A DNA stretch of 62,321 nucleotides, the filler included, from Candidatus Coatesbacteria bacterium (GTDB taxonomy: Bacteria; JAFGND01), in NCBI GenBank assembly GCA_016927185.1. It is 4 parts of 4 records of this genome, joined end to end, with 100 filler letters (N's around TTAATTAATTAA, not from the genome) between each part and the next. Parts side by side here need not be neighbours in the genome. Positions count along the whole stretch, not along the records: positions 30,521 to 49,014 come from JAFGND010000032.1; 3 more parts are not named here. One strand, written 5' to 3'. Shown piece by piece: positions 38,364 to 48,731 of the stretch. How positions within the stretch are numbered: the first letter of the stretch is position 1; each line of letters begins with the position of its first letter. The position numbers and the translations under genes are program-made. The notes under the pieces were generated by a model that saw only the letters and a program-made list of their open reading frames with translations, was not told the origin of the DNA and did not search any database.

Positions 38364-40286
38364 GTGAAAAAGCTTTATGCGTTTACTGGCAGAATCCTGA
38401 GGATAGATTTAAGCAGTAAAAAAATTCATATTCAGCCTACTTCTGATTATCTCCCTGAATGGATTGGCGGTAGAGGAATTGCCACTAAAATAGCATGGGA
38501 TGAAATTTCGAAGGGAACTGAATTATATGAGGAAAACTCCCCTCTCATCTTCATGGTAGGTCCTTTATGTGGAACAATTGCCCCTTTTTCTGGAAGAACA
38601 ACATTATGCGGTCTTGCCCCTCAGGGATATCCAGTTCCATGGTTTACTCGCTCCTCCTTTGGGGGTCACTTTGGAGCTGAACTTAAATATGCAGGCTACG
38701 ATGGTATCGTGATAAAAGGGATCAGCAAGAATCCAGTTTTTCTATACATAAATAACGATGTTGTTGAGATTAACTATGCAGATACTCTCTGGGGATTGGG
38801 TATTTATGAAACCCAGCAAATCCTGATGAAGAAATATGGTGATAAATGCAGAGTCGTTGCAATTGGACAAGCTGGTGAAAACAGGGTAAGAATAGCTGTT
38901 CTAGCTACAGAGACAGAAAGTGCTTCTGGCCAGGGTGGTTTTGGAGCATTGATGGGAAGTAAAAACCTGAAAGCGATTGTTATAAGAGGAACAAGAGAAC
39001 TGCTTACAGCGAATAAAGAAAGGTTTCAGGTTTTCTGCAGAAAGTTAAGGGAGGAAGCTCACGGTTCACATGGCTGGCCGCATACTCCTAAACTGGATCC
39101 TGAAATGAAGAATAAATATGGTCAGCGTTTCCAGGCATGTACACAACAGTGTCATATCCCCTGTTATGATGCTCGCTATTACACAAAAGTCCCTTCGGTT
39201 TTATGCAAGGGAAGGAAACTGTCTGGGCAGGTTGATTGCATTGCAGGGCTTTTTCCGGGAACTGCAAACCAGTTCTATAACTGGAATCTGGGCTTCGAAG
39301 CTGGATTTGAAGCTGGCAGACTATGCAATGATATGGGAATCAATCATTGGGAGATACTTGTCGGTCTTGTTCCATGGCTTAAAGAATGCAAAGAAAAGAA
39401 TATGATAAAAGACATTGATGGAATGGAGATAAATTTCTCAGATATATATTTCTGGAAGCATTTGATAGAAAACATTACATTCAGGAAAGGAATGGGAGAT
39501 ATACTGGCTGAAGGAGGAAGAAGAGCTGCTGAAATCCTGAATCTGGGAATAGATGTAATGAAGGATTATTATCCAGCATGGGGATATGCCGGACATTGGG
39601 ATGGACATGGGGATAGAATAAATCATATATTCTTCCCCTTCTGGATAGTAGCGGCAATCCAGTGGGCAGTTGATACAAGGGATCCCATTTCTTCAGGTCA
39701 TGGTTATGTACAGAATGTAATGGGATGGTCTCCAGTTTGTTCCCCTGAATATGGATTAAGCTGGGAGAGAATTAAGGAAATTGGAGAGAAAATCTATGGC
39801 ACTTCATTGAGTACTGATCCACTCAGCTCATATGAAGCAAAAGCTTTTCCTGCGGTTTTTCATGGCTATAGAAGTGTTTACAAAGATTCATTACCTGTTG
39901 ATGATCAGGTTTTCCCAAGAATTTTCTCGCGATATACAGAAGATAATATTTCAAGGATTGAGCTTCCTGATGGTGAAATAGTTGAAGGAACTAGCTTTGA
40001 ACACAGGTTATTCACTCTTGCTACTGGGATTGAAATGGAAGAAAGCGAATTTCAGAGCTGTGCTTCAGAAATACTTGATCTGGACAGGATGCTTCAGGCA
40101 AGAAATTATAACAGAAGCAGGAAGGATGATGAATTACTCATTCCTTACTATGAAAAGGAGGAATACAGGATCAATCCCTTGATTGGTTATAAGATGAAAA
40201 TGGATGGCAGCAAATTCAGGAAAGTGTTAGATGAATATTATACTCTGAAAGGGTGGGATTTAAAAACTGGAGTTCCTATTAAATGA
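38364..40286 (+). CDS. Aldehyde:ferredoxin oxidoreductase family (W/Mo-bis-pterin) enzyme, divergent
   Basis: GRILRIDLS, IGGRG, GG.FGAELKYAGYDGIVIKG, IGQAGEN, GGFGALMGSKNLKAI, EYY..KGWD..TGVP. Confidence 0.88.
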   Translation: MKKLYAFTGRILRIDLSSKKIHIQPTSDYLPEWIGGRGIATKIAWDEISKGTELYEENSPLIFMVGPLCGTIAPFSGRTTLCGLAPQGYPVPWFTRSSFGGHFGAELKYAGYDGIVIKGISKNPVFLYINNDVVEINYADTLWGLGIYETQQILMKKYGDKCRVVAIGQAGENRVRIAVLATETESASGQGGFGALMGSKNLKAIVIRGTRELLTANKERFQVFCRKLREEAHGSHGWPHTPKLDPEMKNKYGQRFQACTQQCHIPCYDARYYTKVPSVLCKGRKLSGQVDCIAGLFPGTANQFYNWNLGFEAGFEAGRLCNDMGINHWEILVGLVPWLKECKEKNMIKDIDGMEINFSDIYFWKHLIENITFRKGMGDILAEGGRRAAEILNLGIDVMKDYYPAWGYAGHWDGHGDRINHIFFPFWIVAAIQWAVDTRDPISSGHGYVQNVMGWSPVCSPEYGLSWERIKEIGEKIYGTSLSTDPLSSYEAKAFPAVFHGYRSVYKDSLPVDDQVFPRIFSRYTEDNISRIELPDGEIVEGTSFEHRLFTLATGIEMEESEFQSCASEILDLDRMLQARNYNRSRKDDELLIPYYEKEEYRINPLIGYKMKMDGSKFRKVLDEYYTLKGWDLKTGVPIK

Positions 40287-40312
40287 ATACTTGCTTCGCT
40301 TTTTCTTTTTTA

Positions 40313-40729
40313 CTATTTCTCGAAATTATTCGTGAAATGCACAGTTATAGCCGTATCTAAACCTGTCGGTTGAAACTTGATGTTATAATAGTATTTCTCT
40401 ACTTCCTTAAGAAACTCATTGTTTTGAATATCTGACTGAATTACAACCTTGTCAATATTTCCTTTAGAAGCAATTTTAAGATAGATTTTCATATATCCAT
40501 GTAAATGTGATTCATCATTATATTTCTTATAAATCTTATGAACTTCCTTTGTATGTTCAATCAATAAAGGTTTCAAGTTTTCCTTAACACTATTCTCTGT
40601 TAGCTCATACTTTCTGACAGACTTTGAAATAGAATCATAGTCAATTTTTTTATCTGGAGTTTTTTTTGATTGACCGCAAGAAGCAATAAATAAACAAATA
40701 GCAATTAAATAAATATGTAATAATTTCAT
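40313..40729 (-). CDS. Small lipoprotein with TonB-C-like (AgmX/PglI-type) domain
   Basis: Lipobox IASC; IY..Y....HLHG...I.L.I...G.I..V.I.SD......F.P pattern. Confidence 0.55.
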   Translation of the reverse strand: MKLLHIYLIAICLFIASCGQSKKTPDKKIDYDSISKSVRKYELTENSVKENLKPLLIEHTKEVHKIYKKYNDESHLHGYMKIYLKIASKGNIDKVVIQSDIQNNEFLKEVEKYYYNIKFQPTGLDTAITVHFTNNFEK

Positions 40730-40787
40730 GCAAAAGAACTTATAATTGGCTATAACAAAGTCAAGTTGTTTTTAAAGGAGAGAGATT

Positions 40788-41657
40788 ATGAAGTTTTACT
40801 GGATCTTGTTACTGTTTTTTTCTCTTGTTCTGTCTTCATGCTCAAAGGATGCCAAAAAAGCAAGCTATAAAGAATTAAAAAGCAAGATTGGAGGCAAGAT
40901 TCTTGCACAAGTTGAAAACAACGAATTGACCGAAGGAATGCTTAAACTGATGGTAAAAAATGCTGCCCCTGAAAGAACTTATGAAAGCCTAAGCGATGAA
41001 GAAAAGAAGGAATTCATAGAGAACTGGATTAATGTCCAGCTTCTCTGCCTGGAAGCAAGATCAGGAGAAATACCAAAATCTGCAGAATTCCAGTTTCAGG
41101 ATCTTCTTCAATATGAAGGACTTATGGCAAGATTGTTCATTAGCAGGCAGATTGAGGGAACAGACGTAACTGATAAAGATATCGAAAAATTCTATAATGA
41201 CAATAAAGAAAAGAAATTCACTGTCAAGGAAACGATAAAGCATATGCAGAGAGTATTCGTAAGAGACAGTACCAAAGCTTTAAAAACCCTTGAGAAAATC
41301 AAGGACAAGGATTTCAAATCCTTGATACCAGAGGATCATGATGATATAAATTTCAGTAAAAGCAAGGGAGATGCAGGATGGTCTGATATGAGCAAGACCA
41401 TGACGGATTATGGTGCATCTGCTGGTCAAGCAATCTGGCAGCTTGCAAAGGGAGAGATTTCAAAGGAACCAATAAAGGTAATTAATGGTTACATAATAGT
41501 CAAATGTATTGATCTAAAGGAAAAAGGCTCACTTTTATCATTATCTGAGGTCAAACAAAGTCTGAAATATACATTAATTGAAGAGGCAAGAAAGAAGAAG
41601 ATTGATGAGATAATGAAAAATCTTAATGACAAGTATAAACCCAAAAGAAATTTTTAG
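40788..41657 (+). CDS. PpiC/PrsA-like lipoprotein foldase
   Basis: Lipobox LSSC; ILAQVE; VTDKDIEKFYNDNKE; SKGDAGW; GEISKEPI...GYII. Confidence 0.7.
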   Translation: MKFYWILLLFFSLVLSSCSKDAKKASYKELKSKIGGKILAQVENNELTEGMLKLMVKNAAPERTYESLSDEEKKEFIENWINVQLLCLEARSGEIPKSAEFQFQDLLQYEGLMARLFISRQIEGTDVTDKDIEKFYNDNKEKKFTVKETIKHMQRVFVRDSTKALKTLEKIKDKDFKSLIPEDHDDINFSKSKGDAGWSDMSKTMTDYGASAGQAIWQLAKGEISKEPIKVINGYIIVKCIDLKEKGSLLSLSEVKQSLKYTLIEEARKKKIDEIMKNLNDKYKPKRNF

Positions 41658-41722
41658 TCTGGAATAATTTCAAAATTATTGGATAATTTTAGTAAGAATC
41701 AACTTTAAGGAAAGGAAGAAAG

Positions 41723-44218
41723 ATGACTACTAAAATTATCCTCCTGATTATCATGCTTACTAGCATGCTATTGGCAAAATCAGAGAATACTATCACAGAA
41801 GGATCTCTTATCACAACTGATCAATCTGGAAAAACCTACAATTTACCATTGAAACATACTTCAGTCAAGGGAAGAATAAGTGGTTTCATTTCTGAAGTCA
41901 ATGTAACCCAGCAATTCGAGAATCCCTATGATAAAACAATCGAAGCAGTATATGTATTTCCCCTTCCTCATACTGCTGCAGTCAATCAGATGACAATGAA
42001 GATTGGTGACAGAATAATAAAAGGAGTAATAAAGAAAAGGGAAGAAGCAAAGCAGATTTATGAAAATGCTAAAAGACAGGGAAAGACAACAAGTCTTCTA
42101 GAGCAAGAAAGAGCTAATATCTTCACGCAAAGTGTTGCAAACATTCATCCAGGTGACAAGATAGAAATAATAATAACTTATTTCTATGCATTACCTTATG
42201 AAGATGGCAATTATACCTTTGAATTTCCAATGGTTGTCGGTCCAAGATATATACCTGCAGGACAACCTGATATGATTACTTCCAGCGATCCAAAGTACAT
42301 ACCAACAACATCAGAATCTCAGAAAGGACATGGCTGGGGCAAGGACAATAACAGAGTTCCAGATGCATCAAGGATAACACCACAATACCTGAAACCAAGT
42401 GAGCGTTCATCACATGATATTGATGTTGAGATAGAACTTGATGCTGGAATGCCAGTGGAAGGATTCAAATCCATTAATCACAAAATACAGAAGGAAGAGC
42501 AAACTGACGGAAAAATGAGAGTAATCCTGGCTAATGATGATAAAATACCTAACAAGGACTTCATTATAAAATATTCTACTGCAGGAGATAAACTGAAAAC
42601 AGCATGCCTAAGCGCATTTGATGGGAAAGAAGGTTATTTCATGCTCATTGTTCAGCCAAAGAAGGATTACAAATCGTCAGAGTATATTCCAAGAGATCTC
42701 ATTTTCCTTGTTGATGCAAGTGGAAGTATGTCAGGAAGTCCTATTGAGCAATCCAAGGCAGTAATGAGATCATCTATTTCAAAAATGCACCCGAAAGACA
42801 GATTCCAGATAATAGTTTTCGCAAATGAGCCGGTGTCAATGTCAAAAGGTCTTCTGGAAAACACTAAATATAATAGAGAAAAGGCTCTGGAATACATTAA
42901 TAGTATACATGGATCTGGTGGTACTGAAATGTTGAAAGGTGTCCAGGCAGCTCTCAGTGTCCAGAAACATCCCAGAAGAAGAGCATTCATATTCCTGCTT
43001 ACGGATGGTTATATTGGCAATGAATCAGAGATTATTTCAGCTACCAAATCAAATATAAGTGATGCAAGGATGTTCGTTCTCGGTGTCGGTTCAAGTGTGA
43101 ACAAGGCATTCCTGGATGATGTTTCAGAGGCGGGAAAAGGAAAAACAGAATATATCAGTCTTAATGAAAAACCAGAAGAAGCAGCTGAGAAATTCTATAA
43201 ATCAATAGGAAATCCAGTCTTGATGGATATTCAAGTTGATTTCAGGAACAGGATAGTATTCGACAAGTATCCTTCAATCATTCCGGATCTTTTCAAGGAT
43301 CAACCAATAGTTCTGTTTGGACGTTATACAAAACCTGGAGAAACAAATATACGTATCAAGGGCAGGATAGGTGCTTCTCCATACTCCCAGGAACTAGACG
43401 TTGTCTTGAATGACAGCAATACTCATCCAAGCATTTCTTCAATATGGGCAAGGAATGCCATACAGTACAAAGACAGAATGATGCAAAAGAATATCGGTGA
43501 CAGAAACAAGCTAACAAGCGAAATAACGGATCTTGCATTAAAGTATCGTTTGATGTCAGCATTTACGTCATTTGTAGCAGTAGAAGAACAGATCAGAAGA
43601 GATACTAATGGTGAAATAATCACTGTTCCTATTCCTGTTCCCATGCCTGATGGTGTTAGCTACAAGGGAGTTTTCGGAGAAGAAGGAGAATGCGATGACG
43701 AATGCAAAGAAAGTTATGGCAGAACTTCTACCGGAGCAGGAATGAGTTATATGAAAAAATCATCAGCTTTACCTTATGTTTCCAAACCAGCCTCAAGGGA
43801 AATCTGTAAAATTGAGACTTCAATAAGTCAAAATCAGAAAATTAAAGACACCGACAAATCACAGAGAGCATCCTGCTTAATCAGCAACATACAGGTATCA
43901 AATCTGAAGATTTTTGACAATTTGTCGAATTCATTAAGTAATGAAAATGAAAAGACAAAAATGCAGACTCTTATCAACAGGAATATTATCAAACTCAGGA
44001 ATCTGCTAAACAAATGGGCTGTAAAGAATACCCAAAACTTGAACTGCAAGATTTCAGTGACTGTTTCAATAGGTGCAGATGGTCAGATAAAAGTCTCTAC
44101 TATTTCGAATAAGCTTCCTGCTACCCTAGTGAAACTAATTGAAAACGAAATAAAGAAATGGAAATTCGCCTCAATAAAGACCGATTCAAAGGTTAGTTTC
44201 CAGATTGAAATAAACTAA
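41723..44218 (+). CDS. Secreted VIT plus VWA domain protein with C-terminal TonB-C-like domain
   Basis: VIT (LPLKHTSV...QQFENP...EAVYVFPLP); MIDAS DASGSM, GGTE, LTDG; LMSAFTSFVAVE; C-terminal ...IKKWKF. Confidence 0.85.
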   Translation: MTTKIILLIIMLTSMLLAKSENTITEGSLITTDQSGKTYNLPLKHTSVKGRISGFISEVNVTQQFENPYDKTIEAVYVFPLPHTAAVNQMTMKIGDRIIKGVIKKREEAKQIYENAKRQGKTTSLLEQERANIFTQSVANIHPGDKIEIIITYFYALPYEDGNYTFEFPMVVGPRYIPAGQPDMITSSDPKYIPTTSESQKGHGWGKDNNRVPDASRITPQYLKPSERSSHDIDVEIELDAGMPVEGFKSINHKIQKEEQTDGKMRVILANDDKIPNKDFIIKYSTAGDKLKTACLSAFDGKEGYFMLIVQPKKDYKSSEYIPRDLIFLVDASGSMSGSPIEQSKAVMRSSISKMHPKDRFQIIVFANEPVSMSKGLLENTKYNREKALEYINSIHGSGGTEMLKGVQAALSVQKHPRRRAFIFLLTDGYIGNESEIISATKSNISDARMFVLGVGSSVNKAFLDDVSEAGKGKTEYISLNEKPEEAAEKFYKSIGNPVLMDIQVDFRNRIVFDKYPSIIPDLFKDQPIVLFGRYTKPGETNIRIKGRIGASPYSQELDVVLNDSNTHPSISSIWARNAIQYKDRMMQKNIGDRNKLTSEITDLALKYRLMSAFTSFVAVEEQIRRDTNGEIITVPIPVPMPDGVSYKGVFGEEGECDDECKESYGRTSTGAGMSYMKKSSALPYVSKPASREICKIETSISQNQKIKDTDKSQRASCLISNIQVSNLKIFDNLSNSLSNENEKTKMQTLINRNIIKLRNLLNKWAVKNTQNLNCKISVTVSIGADGQIKVSTISNKLPATLVKLIENEIKKWKFASIKTDSKVSFQIEIN

Positions 44219-44231
44219 TCTCTCCTGATTG

Positions 44232-44260
44232 AATAGAGCCTGTCATTCAGGCTCTATTTT
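44232..44260. terminator. Bidirectional intrinsic terminator
   Basis: AATAGAGCCTG-tcatt-CAGGCTCTATT followed by a T-tract. Confidence 0.75.
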
Positions 44261-45951
44261 TATTTTGTGAATCCCTTCTTGAGCTCTTCAATTACATAAG
44301 TATCTATGGATCTGCATTTACACTCGATTTCAGAGAGAATTTGTTCTGATCTGGATAGAATATCATTCTTGAATTTTTCATCAGTTATGCCAGGGATATT
44401 TATCAGAACATTGTAATAAGCACCTCTTGCTGATGCATATGCTGTAAGTCCCGCAACTCCGCTATCTGATAGCTGATTAGGATTTCCTTTCTTGATAAGA
44501 ATCTCCACCAGCTTGAGTATTTCAAGAGTTTTTTCAAGAACTGAGAATGGAATCAAGGTTGCTTCCATGGTAGCTTTCTCTATTGCATCAGCCTTGAAGC
44601 ATCTCTCCTCGTCATTATTTTCAGGCAGAGAAAAGCAGCTGAATAATTTATTGAATGAAGCTGTATCCTCGTCAACCTTACTCAAGAAAAAATCCTTCAA
44701 TTCCTGGGTAACAGGTGCTATTTCACCCATCTCTTTCTTCACACTCTTGAACCTCTTCTTGGAAAATGTCAGATTAGCAACCATTGAAGAAAGGGCACTT
44801 GATAGTGCACCACATAAAGCAGCAACACTTCCCCCTCCTGGAGCAGGTGTATCAATTGAAACTTCATCTGCAAATTTACTGACATTAAGACTTGTGAGTT
44901 TGCCTGTATCACAAGTAATTGAATATTCTATTATCTTCTCTTTAGGAACGAATGAAGCAATGTCTCTCAATCCAAGGGAACGGATTGCTGTTTCTATTAT
45001 CTTGCTTTCAGGAACACCTTCGGACTGCCCCTGTTTTCTCAAGAAATATTTCCCGGCATCTATCATTGCCTTTCTTGGAATAAGTCCTACAATTTCAGAA
45101 CCTGTTACTCTTACTCCTCGCTCTATTGCAAGTTCACTTACCTTGTCAAAGACTATATGAACAGGAGTTATCTTATAATTAGTCAGATTCATGGTAACCT
45201 GAGCCATATCATTACTTGAAAGATACCATCCGCCTGCCTTGCAATTAGAGAAGAGACCTGGAATCAGGATTTTATTGCCATTCTCATCTTTCTGGAATTT
45301 CCCATCTTCATTCTTTGCAAAATATCCCTTTTCCCTTATCCTGCTTGCAATCCATTTTGCGTGAGCTTCATCAGAAGTATTGAGATTTATATTATATGCA
45401 ATAAGAAATTCTCTTGCACCTATAGCTACAGTTCCAAATGTTGGAATAAACTTTGCTGGACCGAAATCGGGTTTCCATTCATCAGTTATAATCCTTGATG
45501 AAAGAGCTTCATATTCCCCTTCCCTGACTACTGCCAGATTCCTTCTTTTCTCACATGATGCTGCATGTTCATATAAATAAACTGGGAGTGACAATTCCTC
45601 CCCTACTCTCTTGCCCAGTATCCTTGCTAATTCAGCACATTCTTCCATTGTTATTCCGGAAATAGGTACGAATGGACATACGTCACAAGCTCCAAATCGA
45701 GGATGAGCACCTTTATGACATCTCATATCAATCACTTCTGAGGCTTTTTTGATAGCCTTGAATGCGGCTTCGACCACTGCTTCAGGATTTCCAACAAAAG
45801 TCACTACTGTCCTGTTTGTATCGGGACCTGGATCAACATCAAGCAGCACTGCTCCTTCAGTCTGGACTATTTCACAAGTAATCTTCTCTAAAATCGCCTT
45901 GTCCCGTCCTTCTGAAAAATTCGGAACACATTCAACCAATATCTGACTCAT
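44260..45951 (-). CDS. ftcD: Bifunctional glutamate formimidoyltransferase / formimidoyl-THF cyclodeaminase
   Basis: VECVPNFSEGR, HKGAHPRFGACDVCPF, GAREFLIAYN; cyclodeaminase PAPGGGSVAA, GNPNQLSD. Confidence 0.92.
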   Translation of the reverse strand: MSQILVECVPNFSEGRDKAILEKITCEIVQTEGAVLLDVDPGPDTNRTVVTFVGNPEAVVEAAFKAIKKASEVIDMRCHKGAHPRFGACDVCPFVPISGITMEECAELARILGKRVGEELSLPVYLYEHAASCEKRRNLAVVREGEYEALSSRIITDEWKPDFGPAKFIPTFGTVAIGAREFLIAYNINLNTSDEAHAKWIASRIREKGYFAKNEDGKFQKDENGNKILIPGLFSNCKAGGWYLSSNDMAQVTMNLTNYKITPVHIVFDKVSELAIERGVRVTGSEIVGLIPRKAMIDAGKYFLRKQGQSEGVPESKIIETAIRSLGLRDIASFVPKEKIIEYSITCDTGKLTSLNVSKFADEVSIDTPAPGGGSVAALCGALSSALSSMVANLTFSKKRFKSVKKEMGEIAPVTQELKDFFLSKVDEDTASFNKLFSCFSLPENNDEERCFKADAIEKATMEATLIPFSVLEKTLEILKLVEILIKKGNPNQLSDSGVAGLTAYASARGAYYNVLINIPGITDEKFKNDILSRSEQILSEIECKCRSIDTYVIEELKKGFTK

Positions 45952-46031
45952 TTCTTACTCCTTGATTTATTAACTGTTGCCAAATCTTGAATATTTTAAA
46001 GATAAGGCAACCAATTTTAATTCAAAACAAG

Positions 46032-46823
46032 ATGTCTACTTATAAAGGAATAGTACTAAAGAAGAGTCTGGGACAGAATTTTCTGTTCAGCAGCAGTATC
46101 CTGAGGAAGATGGCAAGAATTATCCTTGATAATGCAAGCATTAGTCAACCAATCCTTGAGATAGGGTCTGGAAGCGGTAATTTGACTATGGAGCTTCTTG
46201 CATATAATCATGAAGTTGTAGCTATAGAGATTGATGAAAGATGGTGCAAATACCTTCGTGGCAAGCACATTGATAATCTTCATATAATTCATGGCGATTT
46301 CATGCAGATTACGCTTGATTATATTATTAGATGGAATTCAGAAAAGTGGGTTTTAACAGGAAATATACCATATCATCTTTCAGGAAGTATTCTGGAAAAA
46401 ATAGTAATGAGCAAGGATTTATTCAGTCATATTTTCCTTCTTCTTCCCTCCCCGATATCAAACAGAATATCTGCAAGTATATGTACGAAGGATAGAAGCA
46501 GATTGAGTGTATTAGTTCAAACTGCATTCGAGATAAAGACAGAAATGAAAATTCCTTCATCAAGTTTCAGACCAATACCTGATATTGATTCAAAATTAAT
46601 CAGATTGACACCACTGAAAAATAATCTGTCAGAAAATATTGACTGGGCGGGTTACAGGGATTTCATAAAACTTGCTTTTTCATCGAAAAGAAAGACTCTT
46701 CGTTCAATATTCAGCAAGATGAACATGGAATTCGATTATAAGACATTTGCATCCTGCAGGGCTGAAGAACTTAGTATTGAACAATTCCTGCATCTTTTTG
46801 AATCTTATCTTGAAGGAAAATAA
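46032..46823 (+). CDS. rsmA: 16S rRNA adenine dimethyltransferase
   Basis: KKSLGQNFL, LEIGSGSG, AIEID, GNIPY, SFRP.PDIDS, KRKTL, RAEELS. Confidence 0.85.
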   Translation: MSTYKGIVLKKSLGQNFLFSSSILRKMARIILDNASISQPILEIGSGSGNLTMELLAYNHEVVAIEIDERWCKYLRGKHIDNLHIIHGDFMQITLDYIIRWNSEKWVLTGNIPYHLSGSILEKIVMSKDLFSHIFLLLPSPISNRISASICTKDRSRLSVLVQTAFEIKTEMKIPSSSFRPIPDIDSKLIRLTPLKNNLSENIDWAGYRDFIKLAFSSKRKTLRSIFSKMNMEFDYKTFASCRAEELSIEQFLHLFESYLEGK

Positions 46824-46824
46824 T

Positions 46825-47322
46825 CTACTTTCCTGCATCCTGCTTTAATTCATAAATCTCTTTTTGCAGTTTATCTATTATCGGGAAAAAGAAAGATATC
46901 ATTGCAAATCCAAATAAAACTCCTGTAAAAGATCTCCATAATGTTGGACTGCTGTATCCTTTTATCATGAATAAGCTTATCCCATCAACTGGCATTACAA
47001 TAAAAAACACTATCAATATTATGAGAGGGATTTTCTTGAATTTTTCAAATCCTATTAGAGATCCAATAACGCTTGTGAAAAGCATCGAAAGATATAAAGA
47101 AAAACATCTTGTGCAAAGTCCGATTTTATGACCTAGTAAATAGAGGCTTCTATCAGTTCTTTGATGACAGAAAGGTGCTAATATTTTACCTGCCAATACG
47201 GAACATTGTCCAAGACCAGGAAAAGCTGATATTATTGCCATTATTATTATCAAGATGAATCCAATCTGGAAAATCAAGATCCAGTAGTTTTTTTCGATAT
47301 ACTTTTTTAATTCTAATTTCAT
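46825..47322 (-). CDS. DUF2085 membrane protein
   Basis: CHQ...RS, CTRC...Y, P..DG, R..TG..FG. Confidence 0.75.
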   Translation of the reverse strand: MKLELKKYIEKNYWILIFQIGFILIIIMAIISAFPGLGQCSVLAGKILAPFCHQRTDRSLYLLGHKIGLCTRCFSLYLSMLFTSVIGSLIGFEKFKKIPLIILIVFFIVMPVDGISLFMIKGYSSPTLWRSFTGVLFGFAMISFFFPIIDKLQKEIYELKQDAGK

Positions 47323-47362
47323 CGTTTAGAAATCCGTCACTTTAAAAAGCATTAAGTTTCCT

Positions 47363-47394
47363 GAAAAAGAAAGCATCTCAAGCAAGATGCTTTC
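47363..47394 (-). terminator. Intrinsic terminator downstream of lat
   Basis: GAAAGCATCT-caagca-AGATGCTTTC stem with a U-tract on the minus strand. Confidence 0.6.
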
Positions 47395-47402
47395 CTCTGT
47401 CT

Positions 47403-48731
47403 CTATAATTCCTGAAGGGATTTCTTAAGGATATCCATAGCAATATCAACATATTCTGGCTTGAAATCAAGCGGTGTTCTGAATCTTATAGATTTCAATC
47501 CACATGGTAATATTATTGCTCCATTATTGAAAATAAGCTTAACCAGATTATCTCTGATGGAAGTTTCAGGAAGATCAAAAGATATGAACATTCCTCTTCC
47601 CCTTACTTCAGAAATCCTTTCATCATTTATTTTCAACAGGTTTTCCTGTATATAATTACCTGTTTCTTTGGCGTTTTTAAGGAGTTCATCCTCCACTATT
47701 ATCTCTATCATTCGCTTGCTTCTAAGCATATCAACAAGATTTCCGCCCCATGTCGAGTTAATTCTGCTATGCTCCTTGAATACATTGTTCGGGACATTAT
47801 CTATTCTGCCAGTGCTTGCAATACCGCAAATTTGAGATTTCTTACCAAAAGCAAATATGTCTGGAATTACCCCTATATCCTGGAAAGCCCACCAGGATCC
47901 AGTGATACCCATTCCAGTTTGAACTTCATCGAATATTAAAAGGAATTCGTTTTCGTCAGCAAGATCTCTCAGTTCCTGAAGAAATTCCTTTCTGAAATGC
48001 CTGTCTCCACCTTCAGCCTGAATTGGCTCTATAAGGAGAGCTGCGATGTCCTGTCTGTGAGCCAGGCAAAGAGATTTTATCTTGTCAACAACAATCTGCT
48101 CGGTTTTCTTGACTTTGCTTATTGATTCTTCAGTAATCGGGAAATGAAGCCATGGAGATGGGAGTCTAGGCCAGTGAAATTTAGGAAAATAGATATATTT
48201 CCTTGGGTCTGCCGTATTCGTTAGACTCAATGTATATCCAGTTCTTCCATGAAATGCATGTTCGAAGTGAATTATCTGATGTCCTCGCTCCCCTTTCCCT
48301 TTTGAGAGATTGAGCCGGACCTTCCAGTCAAATGCTGCTTTCAAAGCGTTCTCTACAGCAAGAGCTCCTCCATCTATAAAAAACAGATGGTTGAATTCTT
48401 CTGGAATTGTATGAGAAGCAAAAGTTTCTACGAATTCAGCAAAACAAGTTGTATAGGCATCTGAGTTGCTTATCTTGTTCAAGGCTACCCTACCAAGTTT
48501 TTCAATGAATTCCTGAGTTGCCAACTTGGGGTGATTCATGCCTAAAGGACAACTTGCAAAATATGAGAACAGGTCAAGAAAAGGTTTCCCTGTTTTTGAG
48601 CAATAAATGTATGCTCCCTGACTTTTCTCAAGATCCACTACCATGTTTAATCCATCTGCCAAGATATAGCGGGACAGTACAGAATGTACATCTTCCGGCT
48701 TGACAGAACATTTCTTGAATTCCTTTGACAT
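47403..48731 (-). CDS. lat: L-lysine 6-aminotransferase (class III PLP enzyme)
   Basis: FFIDGGALAVENALKAAFDWK, AFHGRTGYTLSLTNT, EPIQAEGGD, FDEVQTG, FGKK, RINSTWGGN. Confidence 0.88.
   Translation of the reverse strand: MSKEFKKCSVKPEDVHSVLSRYILADGLNMVVDLEKSQGAYIYCSKTGKPFLDLFSYFASCPLGMNHPKLATQEFIEKLGRVALNKISNSDAYTTCFAEFVETFASHTIPEEFNHLFFIDGGALAVENALKAAFDWKVRLNLSKGKGERGHQIIHFEHAFHGRTGYTLSLTNTADPRKYIYFPKFHWPRLPSPWLHFPITEESISKVKKTEQIVVDKIKSLCLAHRQDIAALLIEPIQAEGGDRHFRKEFLQELRDLADENEFLLIFDEVQTGMGITGSWWAFQDIGVIPDIFAFGKKSQICGIASTGRIDNVPNNVFKEHSRINSTWGGNLVDMLRSKRMIEIIVEDELLKNAKETGNYIQENLLKINDERISEVRGRGMFISFDLPETSIRDNLVKLIFNNGAIILPCGLKSIRFRTPLDFKPEYVDIAMDILKKSLQEL

Noticed and set aside
44492-45160. 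222-aa plus-strand ORF and many other short opposite-strand ORFs in the track
   Set aside because: They lie antisense within well-supported genes (here ftcD) and show no motifs or RBS.
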